Source: a virus. From it: a stretch of DNA of 64,000 bases. Where the stretch lies: the IMG/VR virus record IMGVR_UViG_3300030116_004255, positions 17,956 through 81,955 of that record. The stretch is one strand, 5' to 3'. Below are positions 49,397 to 59,404 of the stretch, piece by piece (position 1 is the stretch's first letter; every line of letters starts with the position of its first letter). Below the pieces are notes generated by a model. The model did no database searches. It saw only the letters and a program-made list of their open reading frames with translations, and was not told the DNA's origin. A program made the position numbers and the translations under genes.

Positions 49397-49414
49397 CAGT
49401 TGACTGTAAGATTA
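49336..49414. repeat. Left arm of perfect inverted repeat
   Basis: Exact reverse complement of 63922-64000. Confidence 0.95.
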
Positions 49415-49936
49415 CAACGGTAAATCTTTGTAGGTATTACCCTCTGGATACTGTCCTAATTGGTCTATTGAATACCATAATTGAGCTAATTTTAAAAATG
49501 GTATGTATTTTGGTATTTGATTTACGCTAGGTTGTTCAAAAAAGAACACACCGATCTCAAAAGGTCTTTCTTTTGGATTATCGTTGTTAAGTTCCATACA
49601 GTAATTGTAAAGACTCTCTAAATTGACATAATCTCTAGTTTTAAATCGTTTAGTTCCTTTAACTTCAGCTAAAAGGATCTTCTCTGGTGTTTTAGGGACA
49701 ATGAGATAATCTGGTATTGTCCAGATCTCTTGAACACGCCAAAAGTAAGGTATAAAATTCTCTTTGGGATCAAAACCTATTTTGGCGTAAACACCTTTTT
49801 CTTGATCGTTAAGATCTTTGACTTGTTTATTTTTTACAAATCCTTTGTATTCCAAATACTCTTTCATTCTTTGGTCAGCAAGATCTATTTTGTTGTTGAA
49901 ATTGCGTTCCTCAAAACTATTTGTGAATTTGTCCAC
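49412..49936 (-). CDS. PD-(D/E)XK nuclease-like protein
   Basis: IPDY..LAEVKG. Confidence 0.65.
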   Translation of the reverse strand: MDKFTNSFEERNFNNKIDLADQRMKEYLEYKGFVKNKQVKDLNDQEKGVYAKIGFDPKENFIPYFWRVQEIWTIPDYLIVPKTPEKILLAEVKGTKRFKTRDYVNLESLYNYCMELNNDNPKERPFEIGVFFFEQPSVNQIPKYIPFLKLAQLWYSIDQLGQYPEGNTYKDLPL

Positions 49937-49938
49937 TA

Positions 49939-50856
49939 CTACCTTAACGCTTTGATAATCTCGTCAGCTTTAGCACTAGTAATTGTTCTATTACTTACAG
50001 ACTCAAGAACTGAACTGTCTTGACCATAAGTGCTGTCTGGGTTTGTGTTTAACAAACTTGTCACCCAACGAATTTGTTTATCGCTAGCAACCTTATTTGG
50101 ACTTGCTACGATCTGTTGATCTGGAGCTTGATCCACTGGTTGTGCTTGTGGTTGAGGTGCTGGTTTAAATGAATTAGTTGCGTCAATACCGTCCATCTCT
50201 TCCTTTGGTGTAGGTTCGTATCCTGCAAGTTTTACGATTGAGGACAAAGCCATTCGTAATGCTTTAGAACTTGCACGAGTTTGAGCCATTGACATAAGAT
50301 GGTTTGCGTCTTTACCTTTCCAGTTTCTTTCTGAAAACATACAAACTGACTCACTAGCCCCTCTCTGATTACCGTTTACATCTAAAGCAAGAACACGAGC
50401 CTTAAATCCTAAGATCTCGCCAGTGTTTTCGTCTTTGATTTCATTTACCCACTCGGTTTGTGGTGTGATAGCAGTAGGAAGCATAGATCCTAAAAACTGC
50501 CAACCCTCAAATGTCACATACTTTTTACCCTGTATGTTTGCATATAGTTCTTGATTCTCTACTACATCCACAAGTGCTTTTGCATACTCTTGTGACTTGC
50601 TAACAAAGTCAGCAGGATTTGTAGTTCCGAATATATTTTGTGTTAAAGAATTGTTGTTATCTTGATCTACAACTATTTCAGTTGCGACTTGATCTGTGGA
50701 AAGATCTTCTACTGATACAACGATCTCTTTTTCTTTATTAGTGCTTTCTTTTTCTTGATTCACTTTCTCTCCTAACTTATAACTTACATCTCGCCAACCA
50801 TATTCGCCAAATGTAATATCCAAATTATCCTCTAGTTTATCTGGTTGGTGTGACAT
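49939..50856 (-). CDS. ssDNA-annealing recombinase-like protein
   Basis: IQGKKYV..EGW, MAQTRA.SKALR, TP.EEM; C-terminal ASDKQI. Confidence 0.7.
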   Translation of the reverse strand: MSHQPDKLEDNLDITFGEYGWRDVSYKLGEKVNQEKESTNKEKEIVVSVEDLSTDQVATEIVVDQDNNNSLTQNIFGTTNPADFVSKSQEYAKALVDVVENQELYANIQGKKYVTFEGWQFLGSMLPTAITPQTEWVNEIKDENTGEILGFKARVLALDVNGNQRGASESVCMFSERNWKGKDANHLMSMAQTRASSKALRMALSSIVKLAGYEPTPKEEMDGIDATNSFKPAPQPQAQPVDQAPDQQIVASPNKVASDKQIRWVTSLLNTNPDSTYGQDSSVLESVSNRTITSAKADEIIKALR

Positions 50857-50858
50857 AT

Positions 50859-51089
50859 TTACAGGACGATCCTGTTTTTATTTCTACCAGTTGCGTTAGC
50901 CCAATTCACGACACTGGATTTTTTCCAAAGTGCTACTTGTCCACCAGATACAACTGCGTCTGGATGTGGAAACTGTTTTCTTTGTCGCCAAGACGATACT
51001 GTCGTCCTAGAATAACCAAGAAGATCAGCTATCTCTTGCACTCCAAGTGGTTGATCTTTAGATTCCCACTCGTTTGGTAAGTTAACCAT
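50859..51089 (-). CDS. AlpA/excisionase-like HTH regulator
   Basis: LGVQEIADLLGYSRTTVSSWRQR..FPHP; AAGGAG RBS before ATG at 51089. Confidence 0.8.
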   Translation of the reverse strand: MVNLPNEWESKDQPLGVQEIADLLGYSRTTVSSWRQRKQFPHPDAVVSGGQVALWKKSSVVNWANATGRNKNRIVL

Positions 51090-51205
51090 TCTTTCTCCTT
51101 TAATTGTTGCGTTTATATGATATACATTATATACTTGTTTATGTGTTAGGCAACTACCAATAGGCAGTAATCTGACACAACAGTATTGAATAAAAAAGGA
51201 ATAAT

Positions 51206-51553
51206 ATGACATTACAAAATGAAACTGTCGTGAAACTAAATAAGAAACACGACATAAGCGTTTCCCATACTGGTGGTGGTTGTTATCACTTTGAAATGAG
51301 GGGACACAATCCAGAAAAAGAATCACATTGGTTGATCAATGAAAGAACAGAGGATCTAAACTTTGTTTTAGAAAATATGAAACCAGATACTTTTTGTCAC
51401 TTTGGTTATCAAGATCTAGATAACGATCATGGATATTACTTTGAGGCACAGTATCAAACTGGTGTAGAAATGATTGCACAGTTTGGATCACTAATTGTGA
51501 AAATGTTAAAAGAACAAGAACAATTTGAAAAAGCTGGAGGTAAATTATGGTAG
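51206..51553 (+). CDS. Hypothetical (HTGGGC motif)
   Basis: AAGGA RBS; first gene of rightward operon. Confidence 0.7.
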   Translation: MTLQNETVVKLNKKHDISVSHTGGGCYHFEMRGHNPEKESHWLINERTEDLNFVLENMKPDTFCHFGYQDLDNDHGYYFEAQYQTGVEMIAQFGSLIVKMLKEQEQFEKAGGKLW

Positions 51554-52038
51554 GGATCTACGAAATGTATGACATAGGTAATTATGGCGACAAAGAAGTT
51601 TTTGGCGTTGGAACTATTGATAGTCTTACAGAAAAAGTTTTAGAGTGGAACAAAGAGAGTCAATATGCTGATCAGTCAGAAGTTGACGAGTGGGTTAAAG
51701 CTGGTGGTTTTAAATTTACAACTAACTGGGAAAACCCTTTTGGTATGTCTATAAGACATTTAACTGACATAACTATGCACGAAATTGAAGTAGCACATAG
51801 AAACGAAGCTAATACTCGTATTAAAGAGAGTAAAGAAGATCAGTTTGGTTTTATGTCAATAGTTCTAAATCTTGCTGTAAAAGGTAAGTCAGAAAAAGAA
51901 ATGCAAGAGAACGCAAAAGAGGAATTGAAAGATCAAGAATATTATTTAGTGAAAGATATTATTAGATCTGAAAATCCTTTTATCTTTACAGAAACTATGG
52001 ATAAATCTGAAGCAAAAGATTATGGGTTAGTTGAATGA
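51547..52038 (+). CDS. Hypothetical
   Basis: GGAGG RBS. Confidence 0.7.
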   Translation: MVGIYEMYDIGNYGDKEVFGVGTIDSLTEKVLEWNKESQYADQSEVDEWVKAGGFKFTTNWENPFGMSIRHLTDITMHEIEVAHRNEANTRIKESKEDQFGFMSIVLNLAVKGKSEKEMQENAKEELKDQEYYLVKDIIRSENPFIFTETMDKSEAKDYGLVE

Positions 52039-52187
52039 AAGTTAAAGAATTAATAAAAAAACTGGAACAGTGCGATCCTAATATAGAAGTAAGAGTTATA
52101 GAAGATGTTGATGACGGAAACCCAAATTACTGGGTTGAGTTAGTTGACGAGAGAGAATCAGAAGTTCTGATCATAGGAAAGGAATAG
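52035..52187 (+). CDS. 50-aa MKVKELI-family protein (not in ORF track)
   Basis: ATGA overlap; N-terminus similar to 53760. Confidence 0.6.
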   Translation: MKVKELIKKLEQCDPNIEVRVIEDVDDGNPNYWVELVDERESEVLIIGKE

Positions 52188-52188
52188 C

Positions 52189-52485
52189 ATGGACAATATG
52201 ACAGACGAAAGTATTGTTCACATGATCTTTACCGACTGGGTTGAGAATTGTGCAACAGACGAAAAAGAAAAACAAAAAGCACAGGATCTATACAACAAGT
52301 ATTTTCCTGTAAATCAAACAATAGATGAGATACCAACTAATGTGGTGTTAGAAGTAAAGATTGATCCTTTTGACATAACAGTTAAAAATGGATTATCTGA
52401 AACTAAGCTCCAAAATTCTGTCTGGAAACAGGTAAGAAAATTTGTAGCACAAAAGAAGATCAGTTATGAATGGAAGGCTAAATAA
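52189..52485 (+). CDS. Hypothetical
   Basis: Operon member. Confidence 0.7.
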   Translation: MDNMTDESIVHMIFTDWVENCATDEKEKQKAQDLYNKYFPVNQTIDEIPTNVVLEVKIDPFDITVKNGLSETKLQNSVWKQVRKFVAQKKISYEWKAK

Positions 52486-53015
52486 TGAATAAATATGAAG
52501 TTAGATTTCAGGGATCTAAGACAGTTCTTGCTGACAGTTTAAGCAGAGCTGACGAGATGGTTGCTGAAATGTTAAAATATTTCCCCTCACAATACAAAAT
52601 GAGAGGAACAATAACCAAATCTATCAACACAAAAAAAATCAATGAGGATAGATATTTTCTTGTTCAGGAAAAATTCAGAGAGGATTACAACGGAACAAGA
52701 GTTGTAAAAGTAAAAGCTAAAAGCGTAGAGGATATTTTAGCTGGTAAATATGACGACAAAGATCCAGTTGACGAAATATGGTCAGATGGCGAAATTACAG
52801 AAACTAATTTGATAACAAACAAATTAGATCTATTAAACGATTGGAAAGAAGCATTTGTTGAGTGCAACGCTGGTGGTGTTCCACTGTTAGCAACTGATGA
52901 TCCTAATAAAACTATTGAATATCACGAGAACTATAAAATAAAAGATCTTGATGACGCTATGGAAGTCTTTAGAATCCATAACATAAATGTTGAAAGGGTT
53001 GAAAGCAATGAGTAA
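52485..53015 (+). CDS. Hypothetical
   Basis: TAATG-coupled. Confidence 0.7.
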   Translation: MNKYEVRFQGSKTVLADSLSRADEMVAEMLKYFPSQYKMRGTITKSINTKKINEDRYFLVQEKFREDYNGTRVVKVKAKSVEDILAGKYDDKDPVDEIWSDGEITETNLITNKLDLLNDWKEAFVECNAGGVPLLATDDPNKTIEYHENYKIKDLDDAMEVFRIHNINVERVESNE

Positions 53016-53376
53016 AGCAGGATTTGACGATATAGATAGAGTGAGTGAGATAGATCGTATGCAAAAAACTATTTCAAGAGATAGTGTTAAACATATAAGT
53101 GTTGAAATAGCTGATATGTTGATCAAAGAAAAGTATGCACACGATAAAAATATGACTTCAGAAATTATTGACGAGGAAAACGGAATGTCACAATACTTTC
53201 CAGAGGTTCAAGAGGAATTTAATAGTTTCTTTGACACAGTTGAGAATTTAATTGTTGAGAACTTTAAATTAACTGAATACTCCAACACTGGCGACTATTA
53301 CATAAATCCTTTTAACGATCTATGTGATGACGGTTGTGAGGACGAGTTAGCTGTAAGGAATTGTCCAGATGCCTGA
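53008..53376 (+). CDS. Acidic hypothetical
   Basis: Operon member. Confidence 0.65.
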   Translation: MSKAGFDDIDRVSEIDRMQKTISRDSVKHISVEIADMLIKEKYAHDKNMTSEIIDEENGMSQYFPEVQEEFNSFFDTVENLIVENFKLTEYSNTGDYYINPFNDLCDDGCEDELAVRNCPDA

Positions 53377-53563
53377 TTTGATTGAGAGAATCAACGACTT
53401 TGGTAGCACTGATTTCTTTGTAGATCACAAAGACTGTGGTTGGTTTCATACTTGTTATTCTTGTGGCGATATGATTTTGTATTCAGAAGATCACTTCCTA
53501 CAAGTAAAAGGTATGTTCGCTGGTCACAACCAGTGCAAAATTTGTTGGAAAGGGGAAAAGTAG
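53369..53563 (+). CDS. Small zinc-finger protein
   Basis: CYSC..CKIC. Confidence 0.6.
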   Translation: MPDLIERINDFGSTDFFVDHKDCGWFHTCYSCGDMILYSEDHFLQVKGMFAGHNQCKICWKGEK

Positions 53564-53760
53564 TGACACTTTTATGGATAAACTGTAAGTGTGATCGTTG
53601 TGAAAAAGAATTTCAGATTACAAAAGAGGAGCTTGATCAGTTAGAAAAAGACGAGGGATTCAGCGTAAAGATTGATGACGCTTGGTATTGCGAGGATTGT
53701 TTTAAGTGGTTAGCACAAATAAAATTACCAAACACAAAGTATAAGAGAAAGGAAGGCTAA
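53563..53760 (+). CDS. Small zinc-finger protein
   Basis: CDRC..CEDC; GTG start coupled to upstream stop. Confidence 0.6.
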   Translation: MTLLWINCKCDRCEKEFQITKEELDQLEKDEGFSVKIDDAWYCEDCFKWLAQIKLPNTKYKRKEG

Positions 53761-54074
53761 TGACTGTTAAAGAGTTGATGGAAATGTTAGAGATTGCAGA
53801 TCCAAACAGCGAGGTTGTTTTTGATCTTAGAGATTATAAGAACAATGCTGTTGGATACTTTGATATTCACTCAAACTGGGTAGAAACAGGGGGATATGAT
53901 CCAGACGAACTGGATTATTTCAAAGTAAAGAAAAATGCAAAAGTTGAACTTTGTATGAAGTTTGACGACAATGAAAAAGCAAATATGTTGTGTGTGACAG
54001 ACACATACGGAGAGAGAGATCTAAAGGAATGGAGAGAGTTGCATGATAAAGAAATTGCTGAACAAACTTCTTAA
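53760..54074 (+). CDS. MTVKEL-family hypothetical
   Basis: TAATG-coupled. Confidence 0.7.
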   Translation: MTVKELMEMLEIADPNSEVVFDLRDYKNNAVGYFDIHSNWVETGGYDPDELDYFKVKKNAKVELCMKFDDNEKANMLCVTDTYGERDLKEWRELHDKEIAEQTS

Positions 54075-54315
54075 ATGGCGTATAAATGGACAGAAAGTTA
54101 TTTGGTTTCGCTTTACCTATCACTATTGGGACAGCAAAGACAATAAACAGATCCACATTTACACATTTGAGGGTAATAGGAAGTCCATAGCTGAATACTA
54201 TTGTCAAAACAATATGTGGTGGGACGCTTGTGACACTATGAAATTAAAAAGTATAAGACCAATGCTCCCTAAAGTTGATAAAAGGAGCTGGCATACTAGA
54301 AAGGTATTTAAATGA
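54043..54315 (+). CDS. Hypothetical
   Basis: Operon member. Confidence 0.6.
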   Translation: MIKKLLNKLLKWRINGQKVIWFRFTYHYWDSKDNKQIHIYTFEGNRKSIAEYYCQNNMWWDACDTMKLKSIRPMLPKVDKRSWHTRKVFK

Positions 54316-54836
54316 GAGATCTTATATGGGAAATTGCTAAGAGTGGTGAAGAGGATCTGACTAATACAGAACTTCAAGCAATTAGTGATCCTAAAGAACT
54401 TCATGTAGCTTGGGGTTTAAGTGGCGAGGCTAAAATCAATACAACAAATGTAGATCGCTTTGTTAACAAAAAGATTGCAAGTGATGTAGAGGAAAAAGGT
54501 GCGATACGACTTGGCGAAGTTGTTTTTAATTATTCCAAAGGTTATAAGACGACTACACAAGATCTAAGAAAACTTTTAACTTGGGCTACAAGTAAAGAAT
54601 TGTCAGAAGAGTCATTGGACAATCTAGTAGCACTTATTGGGAATAACTTTGTTCCTAAGTTAAGAGGCTTAGACGCTATCGCTAATAAAAAAGGTATGGA
54701 CAAGCAACTTGCAAGAGATACCTTTACACACAAAGAGTGGGATACTGATCCAAAACTTAGTGTGATTAATATAAGACAACAAATTGCACCAAAGTGGGCT
54801 AAAGAACTAAAACATGGACAAAGGAGAACTAAATAG
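54312..54836 (+). CDS. Hypothetical
   Basis: ATGA overlap. Confidence 0.7.
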   Translation: MRDLIWEIAKSGEEDLTNTELQAISDPKELHVAWGLSGEAKINTTNVDRFVNKKIASDVEEKGAIRLGEVVFNYSKGYKTTTQDLRKLLTWATSKELSEESLDNLVALIGNNFVPKLRGLDAIANKKGMDKQLARDTFTHKEWDTDPKLSVINIRQQIAPKWAKELKHGQRRTK

Positions 54837-55105
54837 TGTTTGGTTTGATAATTGCACTTGGTATGAACTTTGGTTGGGGAAACCACCCAACCTTTTCAAA
54901 TTATCATTACTGGAATAACTTTCATAACATTTATTGTGAGGAAGTTAATGAGCAGGGTTGTGTTCATAGGGACGAATATGACTTCATTTACTTTTGTAAT
55001 GGAGTAATTTGTGACGATCACGACCTAACTTCTATACCAGAGGACTGCACGATAAACAGTATTGAGAATAACGAATGTAGGTTTGGTGTTCTAAGTGATA
55101 GCTAG
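54836..55105 (+). CDS. Cys-rich, possibly secreted small protein
   Basis: Hydrophobic N-terminus, six Cys. Confidence 0.55.
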   Translation: MFGLIIALGMNFGWGNHPTFSNYHYWNNFHNIYCEEVNEQGCVHRDEYDFIYFCNGVICDDHDLTSIPEDCTINSIENNECRFGVLSDS

Positions 55106-55628
55106 TTGTATGATTTTCTTAGCCAGCTTTAGTTCTGGGATTTCGCCAAGTGTTGACGAAATGATCAAAATAAATAATTGTCTTGATCAGTTTCCTAGAT
55201 CTATGATCCAACACATAGATTTGTATGTAGAGTTTTATGATGAGGAAAACTTATACACTGCTATGAGGATCGGTTGGTGTGAGTCAAGAGGTAAAGCAAC
55301 AGCACATAGAACAGAGGACAGGGACTCAGGTGTTATGCAATTTATACCGAGAACTTGGCGTTGGATCGTTGAGGAATACGGTATTCCTGACTGGGACGAG
55401 TGGGTTATTATGCGATTTGGTCGTCCTTATCTAAAAGACGAAGTGTCAAAGTCAGATTTTGGTTTTAGCCACCAAAAAGCACAGAACACAGCATATTGGA
55501 ATATAAAAGCAAGCTCCCATTTAGCTGAAGATATCTACAACAAAACACAGTGGAAAGATTGGAACTCTAGTAAGTGGTGTTGGGGAGATCCAGTTAAGTG
55601 GAATAAATATTGGAAAGAGGAAAAATAA
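55095..55628 (+). CDS. SLT/Rpf-like lytic transglycosylase
   Basis: Signal-like N-terminus; CESRG, SGVMQF..TW, W..S..CW. Confidence 0.75.
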   Translation: MIASCMIFLASFSSGISPSVDEMIKINNCLDQFPRSMIQHIDLYVEFYDEENLYTAMRIGWCESRGKATAHRTEDRDSGVMQFIPRTWRWIVEEYGIPDWDEWVIMRFGRPYLKDEVSKSDFGFSHQKAQNTAYWNIKASSHLAEDIYNKTQWKDWNSSKWCWGDPVKWNKYWKEEK

Positions 55629-55630
55629 TT

Positions 55631-55750
55631 ATGAATAGACACGAAAGGCGAAAAGCCAAAAGTAAAAAAAAGAAGCAATATCGTGGTTTAAAAAGACCAA
55701 GCCAAAGCGATATGCAAGCCAAAGACGGTAATGATAGCTGGAAGAGTTAA
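55631..55750 (+). CDS. 39-aa basic peptide (not in ORF track)
   Basis: MNRHERRKAKSKKKK. Confidence 0.5.
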   Translation: MNRHERRKAKSKKKKQYRGLKRPSQSDMQAKDGNDSWKS

Positions 55751-55950
55751 TGTCAGTTTATCAATTTGGAAACAAAAGACCTGACGCAACAAGAAAATCT
55801 AAAAACTTTGGCAAAGGAAGAGTCTGTGCGTCAAAACAGTGCGAACAAGTTTTAAATCAATATAACAAAAAAGATCATTGCTACCAGCACGCACCTCGTA
55901 GCTATGGTAAGAACAGGGGTTGGATAAGCCCAGAGAGGAAAAAAGTATGA
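55750..55950 (+). CDS. Small Cys/His protein
   Basis: RVC....C...L..YN....C..H. Confidence 0.6.
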   Translation: MSVYQFGNKRPDATRKSKNFGKGRVCASKQCEQVLNQYNKKDHCYQHAPRSYGKNRGWISPERKKV

Positions 55951-56141
55951 GTCAAGATCCAGAATTAACAGTTAAAGTTCATTTCAGCATATCTGATGAT
56001 TTACAATTTAACATTTTTACACAGGAACAAGATCCAAAAGCAACAATAGTCAATTACATTGACAAGCAACTTAAAGAGAAAGGAGTTGAAGCGTTCCCTT
56101 TTAGGTTTACCCACCAAGTTAGATCTAAGAATTACAATTAA
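55947..56141 (+). CDS. Hypothetical
   Basis: ATGA overlap. Confidence 0.6.
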   Translation: MSQDPELTVKVHFSISDDLQFNIFTQEQDPKATIVNYIDKQLKEKGVEAFPFRFTHQVRSKNYN

Positions 56142-56171
56142 TTTTTTGTAATAACGACTAGTATGGTAAAT

Positions 56172-56336
56172 ATGTCATACAAAAGTCGCCACCGAGTCGG
56201 ATCAGACGAGTGGTGGCAGAAAAAAATAGATGATGGAGTAATAAAGGGCAGGTTAGACACTGGAATTTGTATTCTTTGTGGTTTAAAATCAAGCAATAAC
56301 ATTTGTAAAGACTGTCCTAAAGAAAGGAAACAATGA
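56172..56336 (+). CDS. 54-aa zinc-finger protein (not in ORF track)
   Basis: CILC..CKDC; ATGA overlap with next gene. Confidence 0.55.
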   Translation: MSYKSRHRVGSDEWWQKKIDDGVIKGRLDTGICILCGLKSSNNICKDCPKERKQ

Positions 56337-56842
56337 TAGATCCAGAAAATTTAGACGAAACAAACGAAGATTATGATCCTTTAGAGGAGGACTTTGAGTT
56401 TGATACAGAATTTTTAGACCGAGTTATATTCGCAAAGCACATGGATCAAGCAATAGACGGTTTTAAATTCTTTATTAGATCTTTTATTGAGTTCGCAAAA
56501 GAAAGTCAAATTGAGTATGACGAAACAGGCGACTTTGATTGGTATGAAAGATTTTTACAAAACAAAGATAATCCAAACAACAAGCAGTTAATTATAGATG
56601 TAAGCGACACTGATCTGCTTGATCTAGCAAGTGTTGTAAGCTCCTTACCACCTGACAGCAAAGAATATAAAGACGCTGTGATCTGGTGTATGGAGCAGGA
56701 TACATTAGACGAGTTTTACAAAATATTAGACGCATTTGGATATTTTGATACAAAATTAAAAACTATAAATAACTTTCAAGATTTTGTTGATGCTAGCGAT
56801 AATAAATTTCTTACAGATCACTTTGAGCTAGAAGAAGAATGA
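56333..56842 (+). CDS. Very acidic hypothetical
   Basis: D/E/F-rich 169 aa; GAAAGGA RBS. Confidence 0.7.
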   Translation: MIDPENLDETNEDYDPLEEDFEFDTEFLDRVIFAKHMDQAIDGFKFFIRSFIEFAKESQIEYDETGDFDWYERFLQNKDNPNNKQLIIDVSDTDLLDLASVVSSLPPDSKEYKDAVIWCMEQDTLDEFYKILDAFGYFDTKLKTINNFQDFVDASDNKFLTDHFELEEE

Positions 56843-57303
56843 GTGACGAAAACAACCGATCTGAAGAAGAGAAGTGTCACTTCTGTAATGCTAACGCCTT
56901 TATTGATTGCACACCAGATTGTCCTACTAACTTCGCAAAGTTCGGAACTGTTTTACCAGACTCACTAAGACACTTGATCACAAATGAATTGATCAAACAA
57001 GCTGAATACATTTACGAAAGAAAACAACAAGAGTGGTATAACCAAATGCTTTTAGAAAGAGTGCAAGATGTTATGAAAGATTGGTCTATCTTTATGTCTT
57101 TTGTAAAAGTTCTAGATCAAGTTCACTACTTTAGATCTACAACAGACCTTATAAAATTTTTAGAACAACCGAGTATAGAAAACAATACTTTTATGTTGTG
57201 GTGTGAAATGGGTAGTCCAACAACACCAAACTCAAAACATTGGGAATTGTTTTTACAAGCATTACAAAATAAAGGAGTAGAAGATGGCAGGACAGATCAA
57301 TAA
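56839..57303 (+). CDS. Hypothetical with N-terminal Cys cluster
   Basis: CHFC..C..C. Confidence 0.65.
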   Translation: MSDENNRSEEEKCHFCNANAFIDCTPDCPTNFAKFGTVLPDSLRHLITNELIKQAEYIYERKQQEWYNQMLLERVQDVMKDWSIFMSFVKVLDQVHYFRSTTDLIKFLEQPSIENNTFMLWCEMGSPTTPNSKHWELFLQALQNKGVEDGRTDQ

Positions 57304-57796
57304 ACCAAACAATCGTGAATTTGATATAAGACCAGATGAAACTTATAGCGATTGGAAAAGGCGTAAAGCTGAAGAAGAGGGAAAAGGATCTGGTATAGGA
57401 CAGAAAAATAAAAAAGATACTTCTAACTGGACTGAAGCACAAAAGCGTGGGAGAAGATCACGCAACAAAGGTATGAGAAAACAAAATGAAGCCAGAAAAC
57501 AGTTAAGAATACCTAACGCAAAGTTTAGATCTAATATGGGAAACGAAGAGAACTGGCGTGGGGAACTTAGATTTGAAGTTAAAGCTGGTAAACAAGTCCA
57601 AACATTTTGGACAAAGTTTTTAAAAATGCAAGAACAATCAGACGCAAACCTTTCTGATTACGGTGTAAATGCTAAACCTTTTGTAGCAGTGGTTAAGCCA
57701 GACGGAACTTCTGACGGCTTAGTAATGTTTAAAATAAGTGATTTAGAAAATGTTATCACTGGTTTTATTATGAACTGGGAAAATTATGACGATTAA
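57284..57796 (+). CDS. Holliday-junction-resolvase-like PD-(D/E)XK protein
   Basis: SRNKG..Q, FEVKAG, KPFVAV. Confidence 0.6.
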   Translation: MAGQINKPNNREFDIRPDETYSDWKRRKAEEEGKGSGIGQKNKKDTSNWTEAQKRGRRSRNKGMRKQNEARKQLRIPNAKFRSNMGNEENWRGELRFEVKAGKQVQTFWTKFLKMQEQSDANLSDYGVNAKPFVAVVKPDGTSDGLVMFKISDLENVITGFIMNWENYDD

Positions 57797-58073
57797 ACTT
57801 TATACTTTAGATTTTTACATTGATAACGAAAAACATTTATTATTTTTATCAAGTCCAGAGGACGCACAAGAAGGTAAACAAGAAAAACTAGCTGATTCTT
57901 TTTACAAACAAACTAACAGTGCATTGGACATAACAAAGATCACAACACACGAATTTGAGGACGAAGTTGGTTTAGCTAACTTTTTAAATGCAAACACAAC
58001 ACACTTGACAGAAGATCAGTTAAGAGAAATAGAAAAGGATACAGGTTTAGAACAATGGCTATCACACCGATAA
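57786..58073 (+). CDS. Hypothetical
   Basis: Operon member. Confidence 0.6.
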   Translation: MTIKLYTLDFYIDNEKHLLFLSSPEDAQEGKQEKLADSFYKQTNSALDITKITTHEFEDEVGLANFLNANTTHLTEDQLREIEKDTGLEQWLSHR

Positions 58074-58285
58074 TTGTATTTCACGACAGACATAAGATCC
58101 AAGAAAAAGATTGGGCTTATGTTTCTGACTGCACAATTATTTGGGTAGACGAAGAGGATTTAGTGACAGAGGACGATGATGTTGTCCAAAGTGAAGACAT
58201 AAGAAAAGAAATGATCTTAGACAGTAAAAGTTTGACAGATCTAATAAAGGAAAAGCCAGTAAAGGAAAGTTATTTTATATTATGA
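58055..58285 (+). CDS. Hypothetical
   Basis: Operon member. Confidence 0.6.
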   Translation: MAITPIIVFHDRHKIQEKDWAYVSDCTIIWVDEEDLVTEDDDVVQSEDIRKEMILDSKSLTDLIKEKPVKESYFIL

Positions 58286-58665
58286 GTGACGAAGGAACAA
58301 AAGCAAGACAATCAGGTTTTAAATTACAAGAAAGAGCTAGAAAGCTCCTTAGAGTCCCAGACAGAGAGTTTGGTGCTAGTAATTTAGATGAGGAACTTTG
58401 GAACTCTGCTGTTCAATTTGAAGTTAAGAGTGGAAAGCAAGTTGATAAGATCGCTAGCCACTTTTTTAGAGTAGAGGACGAGGTTGATCGTAAAATAAAA
58501 AATACCGAAGGAGTTGAAAAAAATAAACCTTTCGCTATGATTTGTATGCCGAGTGGAACTGGAGACGGAATACTACTAACACGAATAAGTGATTTAGAAG
58601 GATTAGTTGAGGGACTGCTTACGAACTGGAATAAGGAGAAAGAAAATGGCTTGGATAAAGAGTGA
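58282..58665 (+). CDS. Paralog of 57284 resolvase-like protein
   Basis: EE.W....FEVKSGKQV, KPF, G..DG, ISDLE shared. Confidence 0.65.
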   Translation: MSDEGTKARQSGFKLQERARKLLRVPDREFGASNLDEELWNSAVQFEVKSGKQVDKIASHFFRVEDEVDRKIKNTEGVEKNKPFAMICMPSGTGDGILLTRISDLEGLVEGLLTNWNKEKENGLDKE

Positions 58666-59404
58666 TGAAACATTATCACAGCATCCAAAAGTTGATCTTC
58701 TTGCTGATCTCTTACAGATTACACCAGTTCAGGTAGTTGGACATTTACACTATTTATGGTGGTGGTGTCTTAGCTACGCTGACAATGGGGATTTAACAAG
58801 ATACAGAAAGATGATTGCTAAAGCGTCACGATTTGACGAAAGCAAGAACGACACTTTTATAGATGCATTAGTAGAAACTGGTTGGCTAGATCAAAAGAAC
58901 GACAAACTTTGGGTTCACGACTGGGAGGACTATCACGGTGCTTTGATGGAAACTCGTGAGAATAATAAGATAAGACAGCAAAGACACCGAGCAAAGAAAA
59001 ACGAAATAGAATTAGTTGAATCAAATAACGAAACAACTGATCAAGACATTATTAGATCTAAACCAAATAAAAGCGAAATGTTTAAAGCAATGGTAGAAGT
59101 TGTCTTAGGTAAATCTTATGAGCAAGTTGCTAGTGATATTACAAAAGACGAAAGAGGTAGGATCAACACAGCAGTAAAGCAACTCGCTGAAATTGGTGCT
59201 ACACCAGAGGACATACACGCAAGAGGTTTAAATTATATGATCAAATATGGGGAAAGACCTACCCCACAAGCCCTTACTGGTGGTTGGAATAGGTATGAGA
59301 AGATCACAACTGAACAACAGAGAAAAAAGAATGTAAAAAAGGTAAATTCTTATAAAGCAAGTAGTGATCTCATGGAATGGGCTAAGGAGGTTGATAACGC
59401 ATGA
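58646..59404 (+). CDS. Replication initiator (replisome organiser)
   Basis: MAWIK..HPK..G.L..LW, LVE.GW..HDW.DY..R..R.R; AAGGAG RBS. Confidence 0.75.
   Translation: MAWIKSDETLSQHPKVDLLADLLQITPVQVVGHLHYLWWWCLSYADNGDLTRYRKMIAKASRFDESKNDTFIDALVETGWLDQKNDKLWVHDWEDYHGALMETRENNKIRQQRHRAKKNEIELVESNNETTDQDIIRSKPNKSEMFKAMVEVVLGKSYEQVASDITKDERGRINTAVKQLAEIGATPEDIHARGLNYMIKYGERPTPQALTGGWNRYEKITTEQQRKKNVKKVNSYKASSDLMEWAKEVDNA

Noticed and set aside
51090-51326. Long N-terminal extension of the HTH ORF
   Set aside because: Overlaps the divergent gene; a good RBS supports the start at 51089.
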